From contig CAUYUJ010000227.1 of assembly GCA_963575745.1 (NCBI GenBank), positions 62,001 through 116,586 on the forward strand: DNA of 54,586 bases, written 5' to 3'. The notes under the pieces were generated by a model. The model was not told the DNA's origin. It saw only the letters and a program-made list of their open reading frames with translations, and searched no databases. Origin of the DNA: Prorocentrum cordatum (Eukaryota). Positions 12,039-23,404 of the stretch are shown one piece after another; position 1 is the first letter of the stretch; each line of letters starts with the position of its first letter. A program made the translations under genes and the position numbers.

Positions 12039-12309
12039 GGCCCAAAAGGCCCCCAAGATAGCCCCAAGAGGGGCCAAAGTGGGGGAACACGAATTGAGAT
12101 TCCAGACCTCCACCCGAAGATGACCTCCGAGACCAATCGGAGGTCCCCGAGAGGCTCCCAAGAGGTCAAGAGGATATTACCAAGATGCTGCAGGCAGGCC
12201 TTCAAGAGGCGTCCCGATAGCCTTCAAGAGACATGTAAGAGGTCTCTGCTCCACATCCCATTGTCATGTTGGGCCGACGACGGCTAAATACACAATCTTG
12301 CAGAGCAGG

Positions 12310-12408
12310 GCGACGTCGCCGTCGTCGAAGTCGCCGTCGTGGACGTGGACGTGGACGTAGTCGTGGTCGTGGTCGTGGTCGTGTTCGTGGTCGTGGTCGT
12401 GTCGCGGA

Positions 12409-12468
<60 letters not shown>

Positions 12469-12583
12469 TGTCGTCGTCTTCGTCGTCGTCGTTGTCGTTG
12501 TCGGCGTCGTCGTCGTCGTCGTAGCGGTGGTGGTGGTGGTGGTGGCGGTGGAGGTCGTCGTCGTCGCCAGCGCGGTCGTGAAC

Positions 12584-12622
<39 letters not shown>

Positions 12623-12630
12623 GTGCTGGT
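12310..12630 (+). repeat. (GTCGTG)n/(GTC)n microsatellite
   Basis: Directly visible. Confidence 0.9.
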
Positions 12631-12899
12631 CGAGTATGGCTCCACGCCGCATCCATGTTTGTAGCTCCAGGTCCCCAGAGTTCTCCTCCTTCCATTCGAG
12701 CCAACAGTAAGGTCAAGCTCGCAGATGCCATCGGGGCATTCATGGTTCACGGACCCGGTCCCCTCCCCACCCCCCAACATTCCCCACCCAGCGCGCGGCG
12801 TCGATGCGCGGCTACGCAACTGTTCACACCAGCGGCAACGAAGGACGGCAATTATGAGGCCACTGTCAGGGACAATGCGAATCGGCATGAGGGAGATGG

Positions 12900-13115
12900 C
12901 CCCTGAGTCAGCGGCGAGCGAGGGCGGGAAGTGAGAAGGAGAAGGCCTTCTCAGAAGGTTCGGAAGTTCCCCGGCTTTCTGAGAAGTTTTTAAGGCCTTC
13001 CCCGAAGACAGAAAACACTTTGTCAGAAGGCGCGAGGGCTTCTGAGAAGTCCCGTCGCCTTCTGAGAAGGCCTTCTCCTTCTCGTTTCCCCCCTCGCTCG
13101 TCGCCAACTGAGGGG
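12900..13115. mobile_element. Foldback/MITE-like element with ~58-bp inverted arms
   Basis: Perfect 26-bp IR GAGAAGGAGAAGGCCTTCTCAGAAGG (12933-12958 / 13058-13083), extending imperfectly to 12900/13115. Confidence 0.75.
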
Positions 13116-13780
13116 AACAGCCCAATGAGCCGCGCTCGGGGGGGCGCCGACTGGGGGTCTCGGGCCCCCAGCCTCCGCCTTCCGTTCCTCATTCAGTCCT
13201 TCCGTGTTAATGCTCGCTCCTCTCCCGTCGCCCCTCGCTCCTCCCGACTCCTCGCTCGGTCCTGTCTCCGAGGGCCTGGGGACCAGGCGCGCTCGAGAAG
13301 GGATCGGGAGGCGAGGGCGGCGGAGGAGGCTCCCGGAGGCGCCTGACGCTCCTCGGAGGCCTCGGGAGGTCCCTGGAGGTCTCCGGAGGATCAGTGGGGC
13401 GTCGAGGTCCGACGCGCGAGGCTCTCCCTGCCGTTCTCGGTCATTTCTGGGCCTCGGAGGGTGGTTCCTGGATTCTCTTCGCCGTCGTGGCTTAGCTTAT
13501 CCGTAGGGGCTTCGCCCCCTGCCGCCGGCCCTCTCTCTCGGAGAATGGGCCAGGGAGGAGCTAGGTCATGAGGCCTTGGCGCTGTCGTGAAGCAGTATCG
13601 AAACTTCATGCGAAGCCGATTCGCAATCAGCAAAACCAACTGATCACAAGAGGGGTTACCACACCTGGCGATTGGTAAGACGTGTATGGTTTACGGGCTT
13701 GGTTACCACACCTTGCGATTAAAGGGCCGAGGGAGTTCTCGCAGTTTGGGTTACCACGCCTTGCGATGGATGTGCGTGAA

Positions 13781-14368
13781 GGGTGGCACCGAATTTCAGA
13801 AATGTGGCAAATCCCCTGTGTTTTTGGACCCTGACCCCGCGGATCTGCGTGAGGGGTGGCACCGAATTTCAGAAATGTGGCAAATCCCCTGTGTTTTTGG
13901 ACCCTGACCCCGCGGATCTGCGTGAGGGGTGGCACCGAATTTCAGAAATGTGGCAAATCCCCTGTGTTTTTGGACCCTGACCCCGCGGATCTGCGTGAGG
14001 GGTGGCACCGAATTTCAGAAATGTGGCAAATCCCCTGTGTTTTTGGACCCTGACCCCGCGGATCTGCGTGAGGGGTGGCACCGAATTTCAGAAATGTGGC
14101 AAATCCCTGTGTTTTTGGACCCTGACCCCGCGGATCTGCGTGAGGGGTGGCACCGAATTTCAGAAATGTGGCAAATCCCATGTGTTTTTGGACCCTGACC
14201 CCGCGGATCTGCGTGAGGGGTGGCACCGAATTTCAGAAATGTGGCAAATCCCCTGTGTTTTTGGACCCTGACCCCGCGGATCTGCGTGAGGGGTGGCACC
14301 GAATTTCAGAAATGTGGCAAATCCCCTGTGTTTTTGGACCCTGACCCCGCGGATCTGCGTGAGGGGTG
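13781..14368 (+). repeat. Tandem array, 8 near-identical 73-bp units
   Basis: GGGTGGCACCGAATTTCAGAAATGTGGCAAATCCCCTGTGTTTTTGGACCCTGACCCCGCGGATCTGCGTGAG; one 72-bp unit and one substitution seen. Confidence 0.97.
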
Positions 14369-15318
14369 TCGATTTCGAGCCCCCCCAGCAATTCAGACAA
14401 CGCGCCCAGGGGACGCTAAAAAGCCACTTTGGGCCTCCCCCCCCCTCGCGCGGTCAATCAACTAGTTACAGTAACCAGCAATAAGTCAACTAGTTACAGT
14501 AACCAGCAAGAAGCAGAACTGTAACACTGGAAACTACAACCTACGACTGGTACAGGAAACTGCGAATCACGGGCCTACAGCCTGGTGGCCCCACAAGGGG
14601 GCCGGCGGATTTCCAGTGGGAGCGGCACTTTCCTGTGGTGGTCGCGCGTTCCATGGCGGGGGTGGTTCTGCGCACAGAGGGAAGCCCCCGAGCCCGGGGC
14701 GGGATGAGGGGAGTGGGCAGGGGAAGGGCGAGGAGGCAGAGTGAGGCTGACGAGAGGTATCCTCACGGTGGTGTGCGCAACGTGCTCAAGACTTGTGCTG
14801 CCGCATTTGTAGAGCGATGGGCCGCGATGACCGTCTCGGCGCGACGACCCCTTCCCTGCATCCTCTCCGCGGCCGTCTCGCTGCTTTCTGCGACCTTCTC
14901 TTGTTCAGTGTGAAGTGCGCTCGCATGCCGTCGCGCGGCCTCCCAATCTCCGCGCGCAGAACATGTACTTGTGCCGCGGAACACCTCGTCACGTGCGGCC
15001 CCCCCGTGGCCAAAAGGTCTAGTACGTGAACCTGACGGGGAGGGAGCAGGCGAACGGACACCAAAGTCATCTGTCCTCCTCCTCCTCCTGCCCCTCCTCC
15101 GCCGCGTGCCCGTCGGCCAACCTGACGCGACATCGCGTTGCAGGCCTTCACACGGCGGCCCACGAAGTGGGAATTCGAATGTGCGCTCAGAGCCCATGCG
15201 CGAGGAGGGGCGGACGAGGGCGCCGTGGCTCGCCACGGAGGCACGCGGCTCTTGGAGGAAGCGGGCCCCGGAGGCTTCTTCCAGTCGTCGGTCTCCCCGG
15301 GACCTCCCAGTGGCCCTA

Positions 15319-15570
15319 AGGAGGAGGAGGAGGAGGAGGAGGAGGAGGAGGAGGAGGAGGAGGAGGAGGAGGAGGAGGAGGAGGAGGGAGGAGGAGGAGG
15401 GAAGAGGAGGGGAGGCAGAGGAGGAGGAGGAGGAGGAGGAGGAGGAGGAGGAGGAGGAGGAGGAGGAGGAGGAGAGATGAGAAGGAGGAGGACGAGAGGA
15501 GGGAGGAGGGAGGAGGAGGAGGAGGAGGGGAGGGAGGGAGGAGGAGGAGGAGGAGGTGGAAGAGGAGGAT
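15319..15570 (+). repeat. (GGA)n tract, followed by a (CCT)n tract at ~15740-15890
   Basis: Directly visible. Confidence 0.9.
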
Positions 15571-15922
15571 GGCCCAGGACGAGTCGTTGGGAATGCCCCC
15601 CAGGGTCTGGGACCCGCTCTGGACTAGGACTGTTCGAGGCAGGACCAGTCTTGGGCGACGAGGGCGGCCCCCCCCCCTGGGTGGCCCCAGAAGAGAGAGC
15701 AGCATTGCAAACCTCATGGTCACTCCCTTGTCCCTTCGGCCATCCTCCTCCTTCCTCCCGCTTCCTCCTCGTCGTACGCTTGCCTCCTTCCGTCCTCCTC
15801 CTCCTCCTCCTCCTCCTCTGCTCTCCTTCCGCCTCGTCCTCCTCCTCCTCCTCCTCCTCCTCCTTCCCCCGTCCTCCTCCTCCTCCTCTGCCCTGCCCCG
15901 CCGCTCTGTGGGCAGACCTGGA

Positions 15923-16054
15923 ATGATGATGACGATGATCAAAATGATGGTGATGATGCTGATGATGATGATGCTGCTGCTGATGATGATGATGATGATG
16001 ATCAAACTGATGATGATGACGATGATGATGATGGTGGTGATGATGATGATCAAA

Positions 16055-16110
<56 letters not shown>

Positions 16111-16772
16111 AAAGATGCCGATGCTGACGATTCTGATGATGATGACGATGATGATGGTGATAATGCTGATGATGGTGATGCTGGTGCTGATGCTGATGCT
16201 GATGATGCTGATGATGATGCTGATGCTGCTGATGATGATGCTCACGGTTGTGGTGATGATGACGATGATGCTGATGATGACGATGACGATGATGATGATG
16301 CTGCTGCTGATGCTGATGATGATGGTGACGATGATGATGATGTTTATGCTGCTGCTGATGATGATGAGCATGAGGATGAGGATGAGGAGGATGCTGATGC
16401 TGATGCTGATGCTGCTGCTGCTGATGATGATGATGATGCTGATGGTTGTGGTGGTGGTGATGATGATGCGAATGATAATGCTGATGCTGATGCTGATGCT
16501 GATGCTGTTGCTGATGATGTTGTTGATCATGGTTTTGATGATGATGAGCATGATGATGATGACGGTGATGATGGAGATGACGATGATGATGCTGATGATG
16601 CTGATGGTGGTCGTGGTGAGGATGATGCTGCTCATGATGGTGATGCCGATGATCATGCTGATGATGATGATGATGCTGATGCTGATTCTGATGTTCAGGC
16701 TGATTTGGATGATCATGATGATGAAGATTATGCTGATGCTGCTTCTGATGATGATGATGATCATGATGCTGC

Positions 16773-16806
<34 letters not shown>

Positions 16807-17351
16807 GACGATGATGATGATGATGATGATGATGCTGATGATGATGATGATGATAATGATGATGATGCTGACCATGATGATGATGAGGATGCCGCCGATG
16901 ACGATTCTGTTGATGATGATGATGATGATGATGATGATGCTGATGATGATGATGATGATGATGAGGATGTTGATGTTGATGTTGATGTTGATGTTGATGT
17001 TGATGTTGATGTTGATGATGATGGTGATGGTGATGGTGATGGTGATGATGGTGAGGGTGATGATGATGCTGCTGCTGATGATGATGATGATGACAATGCT
17101 GGTGGTGGTGATGATGGTGCTGCTGCTGATGATGATGAGGATGATGCTGATGATGCGGAGGATTACGGTGGAGGGAGGGAGGACAACCGGAAAGAAGGAC
17201 GGAAGGAAGGGATGAGGAGGAAGTGGAGGACGAGGAGGAGGAGGAGGAGGCGTTGGAGGAGGAGGCGGGGAGGAGGAGGAGGAGGAGGAGGAGGAGGAGG
17301 AGTAGGAGGAGAACGAGTCTGATGACGATGATGATGATGATGATGATGATT

Positions 17352-17436
<85 letters not shown>

Positions 17437-17515
17437 CGACGATGATGATGATGATGGTGATGGTGATGGTGATGGTGATGATGATGATGGTGATGATGAT
17501 GATGATGACGATGAC

Positions 17516-17587
<72 letters not shown>

Positions 17588-17739
17588 GACGATGATGACG
17601 ATGAAGATGAAGATGACTATGAATATGAAGATTAATATGATGAATCTGATGAATATTGTGATCATGATGATGCTGATGATGATGATGATGATGATGCTGA
17701 TGCTGATGCTGATGCTGATGCTGATGCTGATGCTGATGC

Positions 17740-17811
<72 letters not shown>

Positions 17812-17863
17812 GGTGGTGGTGGTGGTGGTGGTAGTGGGGTAGTGGTGGTTGTGGTGATGATTC

Positions 17864-17899
<36 letters not shown>

Positions 17900-18075
17900 G
17901 AGGAGGAGGAGGAGGAGGAGGAGGAGGAGGAGGAGGGGGCGGAGGTGGAGGAGGAGGAGGAGGAGGAGGAGGAGGGGAGGAGGAGGACGAGGAGGAGAGG
18001 AGGAGGAGGAGGAGGAGGAGGAGGAGGGGGAGGAGGAGGAGGAGGAGGAGGAGGAGGAGAGGAGGAGGAGAAGGA
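15923..18075 (+). repeat. Long imperfect (GAT)n/(GATGCT)n microsatellite with (GGA)n blocks
   Basis: Directly visible; source of the spurious 500-1200 aa ORFs. Confidence 0.95.
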
Positions 18076-18485
18076 AGCAGGGGTGAGAAGGAAGAGGGAG
18101 GAGGTGATCGACGGTGGAGGTGAGTGGGGGCGAATGAGAACCAGCAGGAGGAGGCAGAGGAGGAGAGAGTGGGCGGGAGGTAGGAGGAGGGAAGATGGAG
18201 GAGGACGAGGAGTAGATCCGTCGGTTGGCTGGTTTAACGCGCATGTTCCGCCTGACCAAGATTGGTGAAGAATGGTGGCCTTGGGCCTCGGAGCAGGAGA
18301 ACGAAGATGAGTAGCATCTCCCACCGACCAGGAAGAACATGCACATGTAGAACACAGCTCTTGCCATCTCTCTTCCTCTTCCTTCGTTTGCCGCCATCAG
18401 TTGTCTTCTTCGCACTGTTGATATTTATTTTCCCTTCGCAGTCTTCCTTCTTCTTCTTATTATTATCCTTCTCATTCTCATGATT

Positions 18486-18518
<33 letters not shown>

Positions 18519-19088
18519 GAACTCTCATTTCTGAAGAATAACTATTGTTGATCCCCCCAGTCTGGTGCACATTGTTTTTTTTTCGATTGATCTGCCCTTC
18601 CTGGGGCTCGCACCCTGTTTTTTATCAGGGAAAGTCTTGAGGGTCAAACTGCGTTGTTGGCCCCCGGTTTACAACAACAACAACAACGGCTCTCGCCTGA
18701 TACTTCCTTACAATGTATTAAAGAATCGCGCTCTCGCTTGGGACTTCCTTGCAATTTACCACCGGATCGCGGCTCCCGCTTGATATTTCCCCACAATTTA
18801 TTGAAGAATCGCGCTCTCGCTTGGGACTTCCTAGCAACTTACCACCGAATCGCGGCTCCCGCCTGATACTTCTTGCCTCTCCCCTCCCTTCCTCCGATCC
18901 CTTCGTCCTCATTCTCCCCCGTTATCTGTTAGCCTTCGTTTTCAAGGGCTTCACTAACCACACGTGGCAGGGAATTAATATACCCCCCAAAAGGGGGTAC
19001 GCTCGAAGACGAAGAGGGCGAATATCCAGGATTTGGGGTACGCGTATTGAATGACACGCGAGCAGATAAGACCGATCAGTCTTAAATT
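18519..19088 (+). mobile_element. GTT-anchored element E7 (compact complete type A)
   Basis: Between (GTT)n 18485-18518 and 19089-19240; head, (CAA)5 at 18672, ~40-bp subrepeats, hairpin TACCCCC-CAAAA-GGGGGTA (18981-18999), tail CAGTCTTAAA. Confidence 0.8.
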
Positions 19089-19139
19089 TATTATTATTGT
19101 TGTTGTTGAGCTTGTTGTTGTTGCTGTCGTCGTCGTCGT

Positions 19140-19185
<46 letters not shown>

Positions 19186-20508
19186 GGTGTTGGTGTTGTT
19201 GTTGTTGTTGTTGCTGTTGTTGTTGTTGTTGTTGTTGTTCTTCTTCTTCTACTGTGAAGGCCTTACGGCCAGTGCCGCCGACCTTGACGGGGAGCGGTGC
19301 TCTGACCCAGGACCGCCCCTCCCCACCACGAGCAGGGCCTCCCCCGGACCCTCGCCTGCGACCCCCCCCCCCCCGGAGGGGGCGATCGCCTTGCCCCCCT
19401 GGTCCAAAGAGGGGACGCCCCAGAGGGACCCGACAGGCCCCGTGGGGGAGGGCGGTAATCTGACCCAGGGCGCGCCCACCTACACCCCCCCCCGCACCCC
19501 CTTCCTAACCCCACCCCTCCATACACCTGGCATCGCTCGGACGTGTGCATTTTTTCTCGGCGAGGGCCATCGAGGAGCATCCGTGATCATTTGGCGAAAA
19601 AACTACGCACGAAACCGAACAAAAATAGGGAATGGACGTCCGAGCGATGGCCAGTACACCCCTCCCTTCCCCCCCGTGCCCCCCCGTCAGGGAGGGGAAG
19701 AAGGGGAGGGAATCGACTCGACTATGAGGCTTCTCTTCTCTGCTCGTTCCTTCTGCCTCTTGGGGCTGGCGACGACGAGGTCGACGACGCAGACGACGAC
19801 AGCGCCTCACCAACATGCCGAAGGGCCGGCGGATTCTTGCTATAGCTCTTCTTCCTCCTCATCCTCCTGTGCTCATTGCCCTTCTCGCCCTCGCCCTACG
19901 ACTCGTAGTTTTTGCCCTCGTCTGATCATTCCACGCTTTCGCTGGGCGTTGCCGGCCGCCTGCTGCCGCGGCGCCCGTGCCCGCAGGGCGGCGACGGGAC
20001 CATCGCCATCCGGACGCCCTCCGGAGTGGTTCGCCCGCGCTCGCGTCCTTGCCGCGCGAGTCTGAGCTGCCGCCTGGGCCTCTCTCCCCTCCTAACCCCC
20101 CCCTTTCCTTGCTCTCTCCATCCTCTCCCCTCCCCTCCCCTCCTCCCCCCCCCCTCCTTGCTCTCTCCATCCTCTCTCCGTCCTCCCTTCCTTGCCCTCT
20201 CCCCTCTCCCCTCCTCCCTCCCCCCCTCCCCCCCCCCTTTCTTGCTCTCTCCATCCTCTCCCTCCCTGCTCCCAACCTGCTCCTCCCTTCCTGGATCCTC
20301 TGTCTTCCCCAGTCTGCGGCCCTGGCATCAGACCCGATTCGGGTCTGGTGTCCACTGGGCGCCGGGCGTGTCCGCTGGAGCCCGAAGACCGCCACGAGAG
20401 GGGCGCGCGCCCGTCGAGGAGGCCTTCTTCTAAACACCCGGGTGGAAGGCGCCGGGCCACCCGGGGGCGACGGGGCACGCCCGCAACAAAAGAATGGCAC
20501 GCGTGGAT

Positions 20509-20735
20509 CTCAGGCCTCCCAAGCGGGGTCCGAGCAGAGATGGGGTCGAAGGATCGCGCCGCATCGCCGATGCATCGGCGATGCGGCTCCAATCTCCGCG
20601 TCGACGTCGCCGATGCGTCGCCGACGACGTCGACGATGCATCACCGACGCATCGCCAGTGCACTGGGGGTGCACTGGTGATGCGGCGCGATCCCCCGACC
20701 CCATGCACTCGGACCCCAGTTGGGAGGCCTCTGAG
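20509..20735. mobile_element. Foldback/MITE-like element with ~70-bp inverted arms
   Basis: AGGCCTCCCAA..GGGGTCCGAG..ATGGGGTCG..GGATCGCGCCGCATC mirrored at 20672-20735; perfect 30-nt palindrome 20558-20587. Confidence 0.75.
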
Positions 20736-22611
20736 GAAGCGGGGAGAGGAGGAGAGGAGAGGAGAGAGCAGGAGAGGAGAGGAGAGACAGAGGGCGGAGA
20801 GGAGAGAGGAGAGGAGAAGAGAGAGGAGAGGAGAGGAGAGAGCAGGAGAGAAGCGGAGGGCGGAGGAGACGGGCGCCCGGCTGGGTTGTGCGGGCCACCC
20901 ACCCCTTGCGTCAGGTGCGCGGGCGCTCGCCCTCCTCCCAGCCTCCTCCCTCCTCCCTTCCTGCTCTCTGTCCTCCCTGCTCCCCAGCTGCTGTCCCCTC
21001 CAAGCTCCTTTCGCCCAGTCCCCCTCCTCCCCTCCTCTCCCTCCCGCCTTCCCTCTTCCTCTCTCCCTTCTTCCCCCCTGCCCCTCCCTCTCTCCATCCC
21101 GCCTTTCCTCTTCCTTTCTCCCTTCTTTCCCCCCTGCCCCTCCCTCCTCTCTCCCTCCCGCCTTTCCTCTCCCTTTCTCCCCTCTCCCCCCCCCTCTCCC
21201 CCCTCTTCCTTTCTCCCTTCTCCCCCTCTCCCCCTCTCCCTCGCTCCTCCATCCCGCTTCCTCGTGAGCAGCTCGTCCTCGTCGCACCACCAGGTGTGTG
21301 TGTCCGCAGGGCGGGCCGGGCGTGTTTCGCCCTGGGACTTCTCTTGACCGTTTCTTCGAGGAGGAAGCCGGACACTTACCACACGACAGTCAAATGGAGA
21401 GAGGGTAAATTCAGGAGGGGAAAAAACACACAGACACAATGAATCGTCGACTCCCAGGATGATATGGGAAAATATGGGAAGTGGGGGGGAAGACAAGAAC
21501 CCAGAACATATGGGAAACTAGGGGGGATTTTTTTACTTGTGTGTATTTATTTGTGTGTCCTGGGGCCCCTTCATAAATGGTATTCACCATGTGGCTCTCG
21601 CCTTCACGCCGCCTCAACCTATCTCCAGCAGGTCCAAGGGTGGATGGCGGCCCATTTCGAAGATGAGGCTTTCGCCCCAGCGCCGCGCACATTCGTCTCA
21701 ATCTCTTCCAGCAGCCCCACGGTTGGAGGGAGACTCTTTTTCAAAGTCGGACTCTCGCATGGTATTTCTTCAGGTTGTTATTGAGTTCGCAGAGCGGGCG
21801 TCACGGCGGGCTCCCAGGGGGAAACTTGCACGCAGTTTTTGCAATCGGTGGGTGTTAGTACTGCCTCGACGGGGGTCGGTACCGATCGTTGAAATGTTTC
21901 TTCGGGCCATGTTGGCGTCCCGTTGGGTATCGGACGGCATTCTGGTTGCCCATGGGGGACGAAGTGCGCGAGGGGTGCCTCGACTTGAAGCTCCCCTTGG
22001 CCGTTTGAGGGGTCAGCTTACTGCAGCTCACGTCCGTCACTAAATCTTCCGGAAGCCATCATGAAGTCACCAGGCGCGAAATTCAGGCACGAAAGCAGGG
22101 CAGATGCGACCCCAGGCGCGAAGTCAGGGATCCGAAGGCAGGACGAGGTACAAGGGACGAGGGAGGAGGGGGGAGGGAGGAGAGATGAGGGATGAGGGAT
22201 GCGGGACGAGGGACGAGGGAGGAGGGGGGAGGGAGGAGAGACGAGGGACGAGGGATGCGGGACGAGAGGGGATGCAGGATGAGAGCCTCGCGCCGCGCGC
22301 CGAAGCGAGGCTCTCTCTGGCCGCCTTGATCGCCACGAGATCGTTCCTGGAGGTCTGTGGGGCGCGACATGCGCGAGGGTTGTGTCGGATTGAGGCTCCA
22401 AGGAGACGCCATGGGTGCCAGCCGAGGGCCCGTGATGCACGAAGTGTGCGAGGAGTCCGTCGAATCGAGGCTCTCTAGAGAATGGTAGCCCGAATCCATT
22501 GCATAATTGTGTCTCCGAGAGATTGCGCCTGGCTGCTGCTGCCCCCCCGGCTACTCATCGTCGAACTCTTCGGCGTCTGAGCGTCCCTTTTGTCTCTCGG
22601 TCGTCTCCCAC

Positions 22612-22695
22612 CCCTCCTTGCTCGCCGGCCAATTCGCTAGTTAATGCCCCTATTTAGCTTCTCGCTGGAGCGGAGTTCGCCGCTTCGCCGCTGAT
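22612..22695 (-). repeat. Inverted copy of the 760-845 repeat
   Basis: CGCCGGCCAATTCGCTA...TAGCTTCTCGCTGGAGCGGAGTTCGCCGC. Confidence 0.8.
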
Positions 22696-23129
22696 GAAAA
22701 AGTGTCTCCGAGAGGCCTTGGAACGCAGATCATTTGTCAGTGAACGTGCCTTACACGGGTGCGGGTGTTCGATTCGCTCGTATTGTAAGAAAGAGTAGTG
22801 AGGTGCGGCCGGGTGCCATCCTCGACCAGCAGAGTGCGCGGAGTCTCTCAGCTCGCGTTCGTGCACGCTTTTTTACCGTTTTCTCCATTTCGCCAACATC
22901 ATTCTCATCATCAGCATCTCATCCTCGTCAGTGCGCAGATTCGACGAGCGATTCGATGTGTAGGTGTGCGTGCTCGGGGTAGAGCGGCGGACGTCCTTGC
23001 CTGACGATCGGCGCGAGGTGGACCCCTTCGCCCCGGTGGGCACCGCGGGGTTGGAAGGTGACCGCGCTTCTTGGGGGTTCCTCGCTGGCCTTGGACCGCC
23101 CCGTTCAGTGCAAGGCCTGTTTTGGGATA

Positions 23130-23404
23130 GCCATTGTCATCATCACCGCCACCATCACCATCACCACCGCCATCGCCGTCACCACCACCACCACAATCAG
23201 TATCACAATCACAACTGTCATCAACGCCATCATCATAAGTTTTAGCATCACCATCGCCATCTTCATCACCACCACCACCATCACCACCACCACCATCACC
23301 ACCATCCTCAGCACCATTACCGTCACTGTCGTCATCATCAGCACCCTCATAGCCATCATCACCGTCACCATCATCACCATCACCACGATCCCCACCATCA
23401 CCAT
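23130..23404 (+). repeat. (CAC/CAT)n low-complexity tract
   Basis: Directly visible. Confidence 0.85.

Noticed and set aside
13781..14368. CRISPR array
   Set aside because: Units are head-to-tail near-identical with no unique spacers; no cas genes; eukaryotic context.
14786..18415. 1209-aa and other long ORFs (poly-H/I/M/D/S/V/L/R etc.)
   Set aside because: Translations of stop-free trinucleotide microsatellites; the same applies to ORFs over the GTT, AGT, GTC, GGA and TGCA tracts.
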